NCBI GenBank assembly: GCA_900546245.1
Contig: URBY01000001.1
Span: 10,038 to 74,037, forward strand
Direction: 5' to 3'
Length of the DNA stretch: 64,000 nt
From: an uncultured Mycoplasmatota bacterium
GTDB taxonomy: Bacteria; Bacillota_I; Bacilli_A; RF39; UBA660
The position numbers were made by a program, and so were the translations under genes. Under the pieces are notes generated by a model, which did no database searches, was not told where the DNA came from, and worked only from the letters and a program-made list of their open reading frames with translations. Below, piece after piece: positions 47,387 through 59,300 of the stretch. Within the stretch, counting starts at the first letter, position 1, and each line of letters starts with the position of its first letter.

Positions 47387-50197
47387 CTATAAAACGTCCT
47401 TTAAATACATTCCTGTATAGCTCTTTTCATCTTGTACTATCTTTTCTGGAGTACCTGTGAATATTACTTCACCGCCTAAATCTCCACCTTCCGGTCCTAA
47501 ATCAATTATATGATCTGCTTGCGCAATTACATCTAAGTTATGTTCAATAACAATAATAGTATCACCATTATCAACAATTCTATTTAATATTTCAAGTAAT
47601 TTTTTAACATCATGAGTATGTAAACCAGTTGTAGGTTCATCAAGTATAAATAAACTTTTACCTGTAGGTTTCTTTTGAAGTTCTTTCGCAAGTTTTACTC
47701 TTGATGCTTCACCACCAGATAGTGTTGGTGCACTTTGTCCAAGTTTCATATATCCAAGTCCTACATCTTTTAATACTTCAAGTTTAGATTTTACTTTAGG
47801 TATATTTTCAAAGAATACATAAGCATCTTCAACAGTCATATCAAGTACTTCACTAATATTTTTACCCTTATATTTTATTTCTCTTGTTTCACTATTATAT
47901 CTAGTACCTTTACATACTTCACAAGGAACATATACATCAGGTAAGAAATGCATTTCAATTCTTTTAACACCATCACCAGAACAAGCTTCACATCTTCCAC
48001 CTTTTACATTAAATGAAAATCTACCTTTATCATATCCTCTTATTTTCGCTTCTTTAGTAACCGCGAATACTTCTCTTATATCATCAAATACGCCTGTATA
48101 AGTTGCAGGATTACTTCTTGGTGTTTTACCAATTGGATCTTGAGTAATACATACAAGTTTATCAAGATTTTCAATACCCTTTACTTCTTTACATTTACCA
48201 GGTTTCTCTTTTGATTTATAAAGTTTATTTCTAACAGTTTTAGATAATATTTCATTAACAAGTGTACTTTTACCAGAACCAGATACGCCTGTTACACATA
48301 TAAATTTTCCAAGTGGAAATTTTACATTAATATTTTTTAAATTATTTTCTTTTGCGCCTTTTACTTCAAGATATAATCCATTACCTTTTCTTCTCTTTTT
48401 AGGTACTTCTATTCTTTCTTTACCAGATAAGTATCTTCCTGTTAAACTATTTTCATTATTCATTACTTCTTCTGGAGTACCTGCTGCGACTACTTCACCA
48501 CCATGTACGCCTTGAAGTGGACCAATATCTACTAAATAATCAGCTTGTTTCATAGTATCATGGTCGTGTTCTACTACAATTAAAGTATTACCTAAATCTC
48601 TCATTTCAAGCATTGAATTAATAAGTCTTTGATTATCTCTTTGATGAAGACCTATTGATGGCTCATCAAGTACATAAAGTATTCCAGTAAGCCTTGAACC
48701 AATTTGAGTCGCAAGTCTAATTCTTTGACTTTCACCACCAGATAAAGTTGCGGCACTTCTATTTAATGTTAAATATTCAAGTCCAACATTATTTAAAAAT
48801 GATAGTCTATCTTTTATATCTTTTAATACTACTTCAGATATTTTTGCTTGTTCTTTTGTAAGTTTTAATTTACTCATAAAATCAAAGCATTTTTTAATAC
48901 TTAAATTACATACATCATATATGTTTTTTCCATTTATAAATATATTTAACACGCTATCATTAAGTCTCGCACCATGACAATGTTCACACTCTTGATCTAT
49001 CATATATCCTTCAAGCCAATCTCTAATAAATGATGAATTTGTTTCTTTATATCTTCTTTCTAAAAGACCAATAACTCCTTCATATATTTCAATCTTGTCA
49101 TATGCATTTCCGCCTTTTGATTTAAACTTAAATCTAATTGCGTCATTACTTCCATATAATACCAAATTAAGTTCTTTTTTAGTAAGTTTTTCAATTGGTT
49201 TATTCATATCAATTTTATACTTATCACAGAATATTTCTAACTTTTGAATATATATATTAGTGTCTTCCATATTCTTAAATGGTAATATTGCGCCATTATT
49301 TAATGATTTTGTTTTATCTGGAATAACTAAATCTACATCCATTTTTTGTTTAAATCCTAAACCTTTACAATATGGACATGCTCCATATGGCGCATTAAAT
49401 GAAAATATTCTAGGTTCAAGTTCTCTTAATGAATAATTACAATGTGGACATGAAAAGTTTTCACTAAAAATTATTTCTTCTCCACCAACAACACTTATTA
49501 CAACTTTTCCACCAGATAACTTTGTACTTGTTTCTAATGATTCATAAAGTCTACTTCTTATTCCATCCTTTATAATTAATCTATCTACAACAACATCTAT
49601 ATTATCTTTTATATTTTTTTCTAGAGTAATTTCTTCATTTAAATCATATATCTCACCATTTACTCTAACTCTTGAATATCCTTCTTTTCTAATTCTATTA
49701 AATGTATCTGCGTGAGTTCCTTTTTCTCCTTCAACTATAGGGCTTAATACCATAATTTTTGTGCCTTCATCAAAATTCATTATCTTATTTGTCATTTCTT
49801 CAATAGATTGACTTGTTATTGGTATATGATGAGTAGGACAATATGGTACTCCAACTCTCGCAAATAAAAGTCTTAAATAATCATATATTTCTGTTACTGT
49901 ACCTACTGTTGATCTTGGATTTCTATTTGTTGTTTTTTGATCAATACTAATCGCTGGACTTAAACCCTCTATTAAATCAACATCAGGTTTCTCAGAACCT
50001 CCTAGGAATTGTCTTGCATAACTGCTTAAGCTTTCTACATATCTTCTTTGTCCTTCTGCGTATATTGTATCAAATGCTAATGATGATTTACCTGAACCAG
50101 ACACACCTGTCATAACAATTAATTTATTTTTTGGTAAATCTATATTTATATTTTTTAAATTATTTTCTCTTGCTCCTCTTATTATTATTTTATCCAT
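47387..50197 (-). CDS. uvrA: Excinuclease ABC subunit A, 936 aa
   Basis: MDKIIIRGARENNLKNI…, two ABC modules (GVSGSGKSS and GVSGSGKST) and Zn-finger Cys clusters. The ORF is open six codons further upstream, but the RBS supports the start at 50197. Confidence 0.9.
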   Translation of the reverse strand: MDKIIIRGARENNLKNINIDLPKNKLIVMTGVSGSGKSSLAFDTIYAEGQRRYVESLSSYARQFLGGSEKPDVDLIEGLSPAISIDQKTTNRNPRSTVGTVTEIYDYLRLLFARVGVPYCPTHHIPITSQSIEEMTNKIMNFDEGTKIMVLSPIVEGEKGTHADTFNRIRKEGYSRVRVNGEIYDLNEEITLEKNIKDNIDVVVDRLIIKDGIRSRLYESLETSTKLSGGKVVISVVGGEEIIFSENFSCPHCNYSLRELEPRIFSFNAPYGACPYCKGLGFKQKMDVDLVIPDKTKSLNNGAILPFKNMEDTNIYIQKLEIFCDKYKIDMNKPIEKLTKKELNLVLYGSNDAIRFKFKSKGGNAYDKIEIYEGVIGLLERRYKETNSSFIRDWLEGYMIDQECEHCHGARLNDSVLNIFINGKNIYDVCNLSIKKCFDFMSKLKLTKEQAKISEVVLKDIKDRLSFLNNVGLEYLTLNRSAATLSGGESQRIRLATQIGSRLTGILYVLDEPSIGLHQRDNQRLINSMLEMRDLGNTLIVVEHDHDTMKQADYLVDIGPLQGVHGGEVVAAGTPEEVMNNENSLTGRYLSGKERIEVPKKRRKGNGLYLEVKGAKENNLKNINVKFPLGKFICVTGVSGSGKSTLVNEILSKTVRNKLYKSKEKPGKCKEVKGIENLDKLVCITQDPIGKTPRSNPATYTGVFDDIREVFAVTKEAKIRGYDKGRFSFNVKGGRCEACSGDGVKRIEMHFLPDVYVPCEVCKGTRYNSETREIKYKGKNISEVLDMTVEDAYVFFENIPKVKSKLEVLKDVGLGYMKLGQSAPTLSGGEASRVKLAKELQKKPTGKSLFILDEPTTGLHTHDVKKLLEILNRIVDNGDTIIVIEHNLDVIAQADHIIDLGPEGGDLGGEVIFTGTPEKIVQDEKSYTGMYLKDVL

Positions 50198-50409
50198 GAA
50201 AAACACTTCCTTCAAACATGTATTATACCAAATTATTTTAAATTAACACAAGCGAACAAATTAATTTTTTTGAATATTATATTATGGGTGATAATAATAT
50301 AATTATTTTTATATATTTATAATTGATGAATTAAATAAAATAAATAAATAAAATAATTGAATTTAATAGAAAATTCTACTATAATTGTTAGTAAATAAGG
50401 GAGAATATT

Positions 50410-51234
50410 ATGAGCGAATTAGATAGAATATTAAAAGAAATGTCAAGAGTAAGTAATGAAAAATTAGACGATAGACTAAAAAAACATATAATTGAAAATT
50501 TATATAATTCTTACTTAACAGAAAAAGAAAGATTTGGAATAAGTGAAAACAATGAAGATTATATAATAAATACTAAACCAGAAATAAAAAATATACCAGA
50601 CAAAGAAGTAACTAGAGTTATTAAAGACTATAAAACAAACAATACATTATCAATTAGTGAAGCAAAAATGATTTTAGATTGGATTATAGATTATGTAAGA
50701 AACTATTTTTCTACATTTGGAATAAATATTATGAATCATAGTCTTGATGGTTACTGTGAATTATCTCAATATTTAACAATTTGTCCTCTTGAAAAACTAG
50801 GGTTAGAAGTTACAAAAAACACTGCACAAAATTGCTTTGATTATCCATTAAATCATGCATTTGGAACAGTAAGTTTTAATATATTAGAAAATGGTAAAAT
50901 AACTAAACAAACATTTTTAATAGATGCGACATACAGACAATTCTTTACAAAAGAAAAATGTAATAAAGGTATGTATTACTTAGATAGAAAGCCAGATGTT
51001 GGATATTTTGTAAAAGATAAAGATTTCGCAAGTAACTTAATAAAGGATGGATATATATTATTAACAAAAGAAAATGCAAAAAAATATGGAGAAGCATTCT
51101 TTAAAGTTTCTCTTGATTTAAATCAAAGAGGTAATGTTAACCATATTGATTATTATGATAGAATAATTAATTCAAAAGAAAATTATGCTTCTAATGAAAA
51201 TGAAATTAATTATGAAAATATTCCAAAATTATAA
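50410..51234 (+). CDS. Hypothetical protein, 274 aa
   Basis: AAGGGAG RBS. A spaced Cys…His…Asp arrangement (DGYCELSQ, NHAFGT, LIDATY) hints at a papain-like fold. Confidence 0.35.
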   Translation: MSELDRILKEMSRVSNEKLDDRLKKHIIENLYNSYLTEKERFGISENNEDYIINTKPEIKNIPDKEVTRVIKDYKTNNTLSISEAKMILDWIIDYVRNYFSTFGINIMNHSLDGYCELSQYLTICPLEKLGLEVTKNTAQNCFDYPLNHAFGTVSFNILENGKITKQTFLIDATYRQFFTKEKCNKGMYYLDRKPDVGYFVKDKDFASNLIKDGYILLTKENAKKYGEAFFKVSLDLNQRGNVNHIDYYDRIINSKENYASNENEINYENIPKL

Positions 51235-51285
51235 AAAATTTATTAACAAAAATGTAAGAATATAATATTTTTAGGATGTGGCAGT

Positions 51286-52569
51286 ATGAATAAAATAAGA
51301 AAAAAGAAAAAAAGATATAAAATAAAAAATATATTAATGTTAGTAATAATAATCTTTTTAATAGTTAAACTATTTAGTGTGCTTATTAATTCAGGTAAAG
51401 ATAATAAAGATGAAATAGTAAAAAAAAGTGAACCCAAAACATATTTAAATAAAGTAAATAAGACAGATAATTATAATGAAGATATAGATAAGGATATTCA
51501 AAATACAATTGTAAAATATATGGATTCTTATTTTAAATCTATTACTACATTAAAAGAAGTAGATATGACTAACCTATTTTGTGATGATTCCTATGAAGAA
51601 GCATATATTAATCAAACAGCAATCTCACTACTTATTAATTCTAGAAAACTTGAAAGAAATAAAATGACCATAAGTAATGCTAAATATGATATTATTTTTG
51701 ATAATATAAATAAAAAAAATGATACAGTTACTGTAAAAGTGCTTGAAAATGATTACTTTTATTTTGACTTTATGAAGGATATAGAATCTAAAGTATATGA
51801 AGTTGAAAACACATTTGTATTAAAGAAAACTAATAATACATATAAAATAAAAAGCTTAAGAAAAGTTCAAGATTTTTATGTAATGATAACAAATGAATAT
51901 AAAACAGGGAAATCTGATAAGGTTGCTAAAAAAGAACTTGATAAAATGAAAAAGGATTATATATCTGATTTTAAAGATGAAGTATCAGATTTTAAAACTT
52001 ATTTAAGTAGATATGAAAATAAAAAAGATAATATTACTAAAACCTGTGATTATAAATATGATAGAACAAAAGCATTAAATTACGCTAAAAAATATGTAAC
52101 AAGTAGAAATAGTAAATGGTCAAACTTTAGCGAATATGGTGGAAACTGTCAAAACTTCGCATCACAAGTAGTGTATAATGGCGGAGTCCCTATGGATTTA
52201 CAAGGTGATGCAATTTGGAAATATTATGGAAATGATTTAGATGAAACCAAAAGTAAAAATGGTAGATCAACATCATGGACAGGTGTAAGATTCTTTTATG
52301 ATTACGCTAAAGCAAATAAAGGTTATGGATTATGTTCTGAAGTAGATATAAATCCTTTTTATGCTGAAGCTGGTGATATTGGACAAGTTGGTTATAATAA
52401 TAACTATAGACATACAGTTGTTATAATAGGTAACGTCAAAGATAATAATGGAAAAATAACTGATTTACTAATAAATTCTAATTCTCTTAACTTAGAAAAT
52501 TATCCATTATCTGGTTATGTTTATCCTAATAAGAGAATTATAAAAATACTTGGTTGGAATAAAGATTAA
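51286..52569 (+). CDS. Membrane-anchored protein with C-terminal putative amidase (Cys/His) domain, 427 aa
   Basis: N-terminal TM segment and a C-terminal …GGNCQNFASQVVYNGG…H… region resembling the 'putative amidase domain' family. Confidence 0.4.
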   Translation: MNKIRKKKKRYKIKNILMLVIIIFLIVKLFSVLINSGKDNKDEIVKKSEPKTYLNKVNKTDNYNEDIDKDIQNTIVKYMDSYFKSITTLKEVDMTNLFCDDSYEEAYINQTAISLLINSRKLERNKMTISNAKYDIIFDNINKKNDTVTVKVLENDYFYFDFMKDIESKVYEVENTFVLKKTNNTYKIKSLRKVQDFYVMITNEYKTGKSDKVAKKELDKMKKDYISDFKDEVSDFKTYLSRYENKKDNITKTCDYKYDRTKALNYAKKYVTSRNSKWSNFSEYGGNCQNFASQVVYNGGVPMDLQGDAIWKYYGNDLDETKSKNGRSTSWTGVRFFYDYAKANKGYGLCSEVDINPFYAEAGDIGQVGYNNNYRHTVVIIGNVKDNNGKITDLLINSNSLNLENYPLSGYVYPNKRIIKILGWNKD

Positions 52570-52939
52570 AATAATGAAGAATCATCAAAAATACTAGAGC
52601 AAATGCAAAGTATAATGATGCAGTTGCAAAATTTTAATAAAAAATTTGAAGAAGAGATTATTGATTCTAATGCAAGCATTACAGAACAAACACTAGAACA
52701 AGAAAAAAAATTATATTTAGATATAAGATACTTAAATAGTATTGATGTTGATTAAATTTTAAAAATAAGATATATAGGAAGTCATAATGACTTCCTTGTT
52801 TTATTATAAAATAAGTGGTAAAATAATTTACTAGAAAACATTTATATTTACTTTGCTCTATTTAGCAAATCTATGAAAAAAATATATCATAATTTCATTT
52901 GATTAAATGTATTAAAAAATATATAAGGAGAAAATACAA

Positions 52940-53917
52940 ATGAAGAGTATAGATACAATAAAACCAGTATTTTATATTACAGAAGATAATAAAAAAATTA
53001 TAAGAGAAATAGAAAATAAACTTAATTTAATTGTTATGGATGATAATGATAAAAAAAGAAAATTAAAAGTTAAATCTAAGGTAAGATCAATCCACTCTTC
53101 ATTAGCAATTGAAGCAAATTCTTTATCATTAGAATCAGTTAAAAATATTGTTGACAACAAAATGGTTTTGGGCGATAGAAAAGAAATTCAAGAAGTTAAA
53201 AATGCTAATGAACTATATGAACATATAAATGAATATAATTGGAAAAATGAAAGTGATTTTTTAAAAGCACATACATTAATGATGAAATATTTTGATGATG
53301 ATAATGGATTTTATAGAAATCACGTTGAAGGAGTAAAAAAAGGAAATGAAATCATTTATACCGCACCACATTCTATATTAGTTCCATCTCTTATGAAAAG
53401 TTTATTTAACTTTATAACTGAAAATGAAAATAAAATTCATCCACTAATTTTATCAAGTATATTTCATTATTATTTTGTGTATATACACCCATTTAGTGAT
53501 GGTAATGGTAGAATGGCCAGATTTTGGGTAAGCTTGATTTTAACTAATTGGAACTCAAAGTTTGAATATATTCCTATTGAAGAAGAAATTTATTTAAATC
53601 AAACAAAATATTATGATTCTATTGCACAATGTCACATTAATGGAAATGTAAATGTATTTACTGACTTTATGTTAATGTGCATTAATTCAGCATTAGAAAA
53701 AACTACCCAAAAAACTACCCAAAAAAGAAAATTAAATAATAATCAGTTAAAAATTATAGAATTAATAAAAGAAAATCCAAAAATTACAAGAAATAAATTA
53801 GCAAGCGAATTAAATATTACATCAGATGGTATTAAATATAATTTAAGAAAATTAGTTAATAATGGTATTATTGAAAGAATTGGACCAAACAATGGTGGAT
53901 ATTGGAAAATAAAATAA
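52940..53917 (+). CDS. Fic-family protein (canonical HPFSDGNGRMAR) with C-terminal winged-HTH, 325 aa
   Basis: Motif HPFSDGNGRMARFW. C-terminus …LKIIELIKENPKITRNKLASELNITSDGIKYNLRKLVNNGIIER (wHTH). AAGGAG RBS. Confidence 0.8.
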   Translation: MKSIDTIKPVFYITEDNKKIIREIENKLNLIVMDDNDKKRKLKVKSKVRSIHSSLAIEANSLSLESVKNIVDNKMVLGDRKEIQEVKNANELYEHINEYNWKNESDFLKAHTLMMKYFDDDNGFYRNHVEGVKKGNEIIYTAPHSILVPSLMKSLFNFITENENKIHPLILSSIFHYYFVYIHPFSDGNGRMARFWVSLILTNWNSKFEYIPIEEEIYLNQTKYYDSIAQCHINGNVNVFTDFMLMCINSALEKTTQKTTQKRKLNNNQLKIIELIKENPKITRNKLASELNITSDGIKYNLRKLVNNGIIERIGPNNGGYWKIK

Positions 53918-53941
53918 TAACTTTTATAATAAGGAGGATCT

Positions 53942-55894
53942 ATGTTTAAATTAGTATCAAAATATAAGCCAAGTGGTGATCAACCTGATGCTATAAAAGA
54001 ATTAGTAGACGGAATTAATAATCATGAGAAATACCAAGTTTTACTAGGGGCTACGGGGACTGGTAAAACTTTTACAATCGCAAATGTTATTGCAAAAGTT
54101 AATAAACCAACGCTAGTTTTAGCTCATAATAAGACTCTTGCAGGTCAATTGTACTCAGAATTAAAAGAGTTGTTTCCTGAAAATCGTGTTGAATACTTCG
54201 TTTCATACTATGATTATTATCAGCCGGAAGCCTATGTTCCATCAAGTGATACATTTATTGAAAAAGATGCATCTATTAATGATGAAATAGATGAACTAAG
54301 GCATAGCGCAACTAGTGCACTTATTTCTAGAAATGATGTAATAGTTGTCGCATCTGTTTCATGTATATATGGTTTAGGTGAAAAAGAAGAATATGAAAAT
54401 AAAACATTATCACTAAAGGTTGGAGATGTAATTGACAGAGATCAAATACTTGAAAAATTAGTTGAGATGCTTTATGAAAGAAATAATATGGATTTAGTTC
54501 GTGGAACATTTAGAACTAAAGGAGACACTATTGAAGTAGTACCTGCTTATTCTAGAACTACTGCATACAGAATAGATTTGTTTGGAGATGAAGTTGAAAA
54601 ATTAATTGAATTTGATACTACAACAGGCGCAGTTATCTCTCAAAAACAAACAATAACAATATTTGCAGCATCACACTTTGTTACAAGTGAAGATAAATTA
54701 AAATTAGCGGTTAAAAATATAAAAGAAGAATTAAGAGAAAGACTCGCATACTTTAAAAATAATAATAAACTATTAGAACTACAAAGACTAGAACAAAGAA
54801 CTAATTATGATATTGAAATGATGGAAGAAACTGGTTTTTGTAAAGGTATAGAAAACTATAGTAGACATTTAGCATTTAGAAAAGAAGGAGAAACTCCTAC
54901 TACCTTGCTTGATTTCTTTCCTGATGATTATTTAATGGTTATTGATGAATCACACGTTACTCTTCCACAAGTTCGTGCGATGTATAATGGAGATAGAATG
55001 AGAAAAAGTGTCCTTGTTGAATATGGTTTTAGACTTCCAAGTGCACTTGATAATAGACCTTTAAAATTTGATGAATTTGAGAAAAAGATTAATGAAGTTA
55101 TATACGTATCCGCAACTCCTGGAGATTATGAACTAGAAAAAGTACATAATAAAGTTGCTGAACAAATAATAAGACCTACTGGTTTACTTGATCCAACTAT
55201 TGAAGTAAAACCATCACAAAATCAAATAGATGACTTAATAGAACAAATACAAAATAGAATAGAAAAGAATGAAAGAACACTTGTTACTACTTTAACAATT
55301 AGAATGAGTGAAGAACTTACTAATTATTTAAAAGGTGCGAATATAAAAGTTGCATTTCTTCATAATGAAATTAAAACTTTAGAAAGAATGGAAATAGTTC
55401 GTGATTTAAGACTTGGTAAATATGATGCCATAGTAGGTGTTAACCTTTTAAGAGAAGGAATAGATATACCAGAAGTATCACTTATCGCAATACTAGATGC
55501 GGATAAACAAGGTTTCTTAAGAAGTGAAAGAAGTTTAATACAAACTATAGGAAGAGCTGCTAGAAACTCTAGTGGTCACGTAATAATGTATGCTGATACT
55601 ATTAGTGATGCTATGGAAAAAGCAATTAAAGAAACAGAAAGAAGAAGAACTATTCAAATTGCTTATAATAAAGAACATAATATTACACCTACTACTATAA
55701 AGAAAGAAATTAGAGATGTAATTAAAAATACAGATACTAGCAAGAATAAAGAAATTAGTAAGGCATATAATAAAAAAGATAAACAAAAGATGATGGAAAA
55801 AATAGAAAAAGAAATGATGGAAGCTGCTAAAGAATTAGATTTCGAAAGAGCTACAGAACTTAGAGATATTTTATTTGAAATGAAAATGGAATAG
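53942..55894 (+). CDS. uvrB: Excinuclease ABC subunit B, 650 aa
   Basis: …[14 protein letters not shown]…[10 protein letters not shown]…, helicase motifs and a C-terminal UVR domain ([12 protein letters not shown]). Confidence 0.9.
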   Translation: MFKLVSKYKPSGDQPDAIKELVDGINNHEKYQVLLGATGTGKTFTIANVIAKVNKPTLVLAHNKTLAGQLYSELKELFPENRVEYFVSYYDYYQPEAYVPSSDTFIEKDASINDEIDELRHSATSALISRNDVIVVASVSCIYGLGEKEEYENKTLSLKVGDVIDRDQILEKLVEMLYERNNMDLVRGTFRTKGDTIEVVPAYSRTTAYRIDLFGDEVEKLIEFDTTTGAVISQKQTITIFAASHFVTSEDKLKLAVKNIKEELRERLAYFKNNNKLLELQRLEQRTNYDIEMMEETGFCKGIENYSRHLAFRKEGETPTTLLDFFPDDYLMVIDESHVTLPQVRAMYNGDRMRKSVLVEYGFRLPSALDNRPLKFDEFEKKINEVIYVSATPGDYELEKVHNKVAEQIIRPTGLLDPTIEVKPSQNQIDDLIEQIQNRIEKNERTLVTTLTIRMSEELTNYLKGANIKVAFLHNEIKTLERMEIVRDLRLGKYDAIVGVNLLREGIDIPEVSLIAILDADKQGFLRSERSLIQTIGRAARNSSGHVIMYADTISDAMEKAIKETERRRTIQIAYNKEHNITPTTIKKEIRDVIKNTDTSKNKEISKAYNKKDKQKMMEKIEKEMMEAAKELDFERATELRDILFEMKME

Positions 55895-55933
55895 TAGTAT
55901 AATATATTTACTAAAAAGGATGTGGATTAATAG

Positions 55934-56365
55934 ATGAAATATGTAAAAAAAGAAAATAATAAGGAAATTTTGTATATTCAAAATAAAGATATTAATTTTA
56001 TTATAAATTATTCATATATGCCTAAATATATAAAGGATACAATTCCTTTAGAAGCACTTATTTTATCTTCTATGGATGAATATAGAAAGTATGCTGATCA
56101 ATCCATAGTAAAATGGTTTAAAGATGCTTTTTATATATTAGATTCAGATGAAGTTAATTCAATGAGTATTTCAGAAATAAATGATAAAATTATATCAAAC
56201 ACAAAAAAAGTTAATGATTTATTAGACAGATGGAAAAAGATACCAAGGAAAAAGAGGAAAGAAAACAATGAATTATATAATCTTTCTACTTTAATAAATT
56301 ATCAAACAAAAAGTTTAAAAGAGGAACTTGATAAAAGAAAAAGAACTAATATGTTAAAATATTAG
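55934..56365 (+). CDS. Hypothetical protein, 143 aa
   Basis: 143-aa ORF after uvrB. Basic C-terminus. No recognisable domain. Confidence 0.35.
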   Translation: MKYVKKENNKEILYIQNKDINFIINYSYMPKYIKDTIPLEALILSSMDEYRKYADQSIVKWFKDAFYILDSDEVNSMSISEINDKIISNTKKVNDLLDRWKKIPRKKRKENNELYNLSTLINYQTKSLKEELDKRKRTNMLKY

Positions 56366-56370
56366 TTCTT

Positions 56371-59300
56371 TTATTCTACAATAATATTTTTACTAGAAAC
56401 TGTCACAACAGGTCTAATTTCTTTCTTTATATTTGCAATATCATCTTTTATAGTTGATGAGCTTTTACTTATATATTTTGCATAATTTTTTACATTTGTA
56501 CTTTCTATTATATTTCCATATACATCATATTTTTGTTTCATATATACTGAATTCATCAACCAGAAATCACTATTTCCATATAACCAAGATAAATCAGCAT
56601 TATTACTTGAAATAAGTTTGTTATATTCAGTTTCTGTTAATAATCTTACTTTATAATTTTTATATATATTTGACTGACATTTACCTTCTGATAAAAGTGT
56701 TCCACCATAAGATGCTGCTTGTAATCCTGATGCATCATCACACACACTATTATCATATAATATAGGTAAATTCAATGTATTCATATTAACAAATTCATTA
56801 TTTATAAATCCATTAATTAAAGAATCACTCCATTTATATATGTCATTATTAGATGTAGTATGTCCTAATTTAGTTGATATTGTTCCTGAATCTGCTAATA
56901 AAGTTAATATTTGACCATTATTATCACTATTTTCAGTATTAATTACATGGAAGTCAACTCCACCATATCTTATTGCTTCACCAATACTATAACTATTATA
57001 ATCAGTTGATGCATCAGTTGCTTCACTTTCTGGTTCATATGAACTTATTTCTAAAAGTGTTACCGTATTAATAAAACTTCTAGCTTCTAATTGTGTTGGC
57101 ATATTTAGCATTATTGTAAGATATCTTTTTTCACCTGGCATAATTAAATCATTTTCAAGTGCTACACTCCTAATTTCATCATTTGAAACAAACCAATCTT
57201 TATTTGCAGGATCATCTATATTAAATGTTAATCCAACAGGAATATCTTCATTTATTAATTTTACATATCCTGGTGTTGAAGAATTGTTTGTAATTTCAAT
57301 TCCATAGTATACTTTTGCAGATGCACGTAAACTATTTTTTACACTTAATGAAACCTTTTTTTCATTATTATAAGTTAAAATACTATTCGAATTATTATAA
57401 TTTAAATCTATTTTTGTAATATATTTATTTATAGAAAAACCAAATGTTTTTCTTGAAATTAGACCAATATTCATATCAGTTACTGATTCTATTTCTCTAG
57501 TAACCTTAATACCATCAGATTCTTCAGGAGTTTTCTTATTACTTATTTCAATCATATTATCAGAAACTTTATATCCATCTGAATCAATAGCAGTATTTTC
57601 ACTAGCGTATCTTAATGTTAAATCATATACAGAATTATCAAAATTTGCTCTTATTTTATATCTACCAACATTTAAGTTTTTAAATATATATTTACCATCT
57701 TTATCTGTAACTGTTGTATCTACTTCTGTCATATTATTTTCTGAATCAAGTTTATATAATGTAACCGGCATATCACTATAATATGTATCGCCTATATCTT
57801 CTACACCATTTTCATTATTATCAATAAATACTCTACCTGAAATATTTCTACTTATAACTCTTGCCTCTATTTTATTTGATTCATTTTGAGCATATGTTTT
57901 AGAAGCACCAACATAGGAATTAATATATTTATTAGAATAATTATTATCTTTAGGTTTAATCCATAATTTAATATCATCAGCATATGAATTTGCATTTACT
58001 GAAATATTAGTTATTTTTATTGCAGTTGCATCTACATATTCATTTAATGCATTACATTCCTTAAATTCATTCTTTTCATTAAATACTTCATTTGATAATT
58101 TATTATATTCTGAATTTGAACAATATACTTTTACATTTCCAAAAGTACTTGGTAATTCAAGTTTAACTTTATATGTACCATTAAACTCAGAACCATTTTT
58201 ATCACCATTACCTGGTAATATATCCATAATAGCATAGTCTTTTATATTATTATTTGTATTATTATAAATACTTAATAAATAATTAAATTCACTATTCTTT
58301 TCTAATTTAGATCCTTTATCACCAATTTTTTGTGAAACAATTACATTTTCTATACCTGTTGCATAAATCGTATATGAACCTGTTAAATATCCAAAATAAC
58401 TTGTATCTGTTTCACCATTTACATTTATTGCATCAACTCTTGATTCAACAGTTAATGGAATTGAACTTCCTTTAAGTGTTGGCGATATTGTTGCTTTAAA
58501 ATTAATATCTTTTATTTTCATATTAGGCTTAGTATATGGAAGCTTATACGTCAAATATGTGTTATCTGGATCACTTGTAACTTCAGGAGTCCCTAAATCT
58601 TTATCAGGAACATAAACAAGTCCATTTGGTACTTTTACTCTAACACTTAAATAATTAATATACCATGTATCATCCGCACCAGAATTCATACTATCATCTG
58701 TAATTGTTGTTTTAATATTATAATAAATAGTTTCTCCATTATTTGCATTAAATCTATTTTTTAATGTACCATCATTATTTTTATTAGTAACAGTTACTTC
58801 TTCTCTTGATGTAAAATTAACTATTTTTAATGTATCCCCCCAAGGGCTATCAGTATCTATACTAGCAATATCACTTCCATTATATGTTGTTTTCTTATAG
58901 TTATTTGGATTTGTTATACTATTTTCATCATTTGTTACTCTAGGCGCAAAATATGAGATTTTAGCATCATAATCTGATGATGAAGCTAAAGAAGTTGCTT
59001 GATAAGTTCTTGTTATATCAGATACATCTCTAACTCTTACATTAGCATCAATAGTTACTTTTATATTATCAGGTAATTTTATACCTTTCTTAGTTTGTAC
59101 AATTATCTTTGTAATTGGAATTTCTATATTTTCTTTATCTTTTGCTTCACTTACTTTTTTAAATGTTTGTTCTACACCTGATTTTGCTTTAATGCAAGGA
59201 CCGCCATATAAATTCATTATTTGATCACTTAAATAATTATTTATATTTTTTTGAATATTAGCACAGCTTGACTTAACTATACTTAAGTCTTCATCAGAAA

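Noticed and set aside
52570-52740. Open frame after the amidase-domain gene (…MQSIMMQLQNFNKKFEEEIIDSNASITEQTLEQEKKLYLDIRYLNSIDVD*)
   Set aside because: It has no RBS or plausible start context and only one internal Met. It is probably a gene remnant or chance ORF in the uvrA-uvrB insertion. Noted only as possible debris of the rearrangement.
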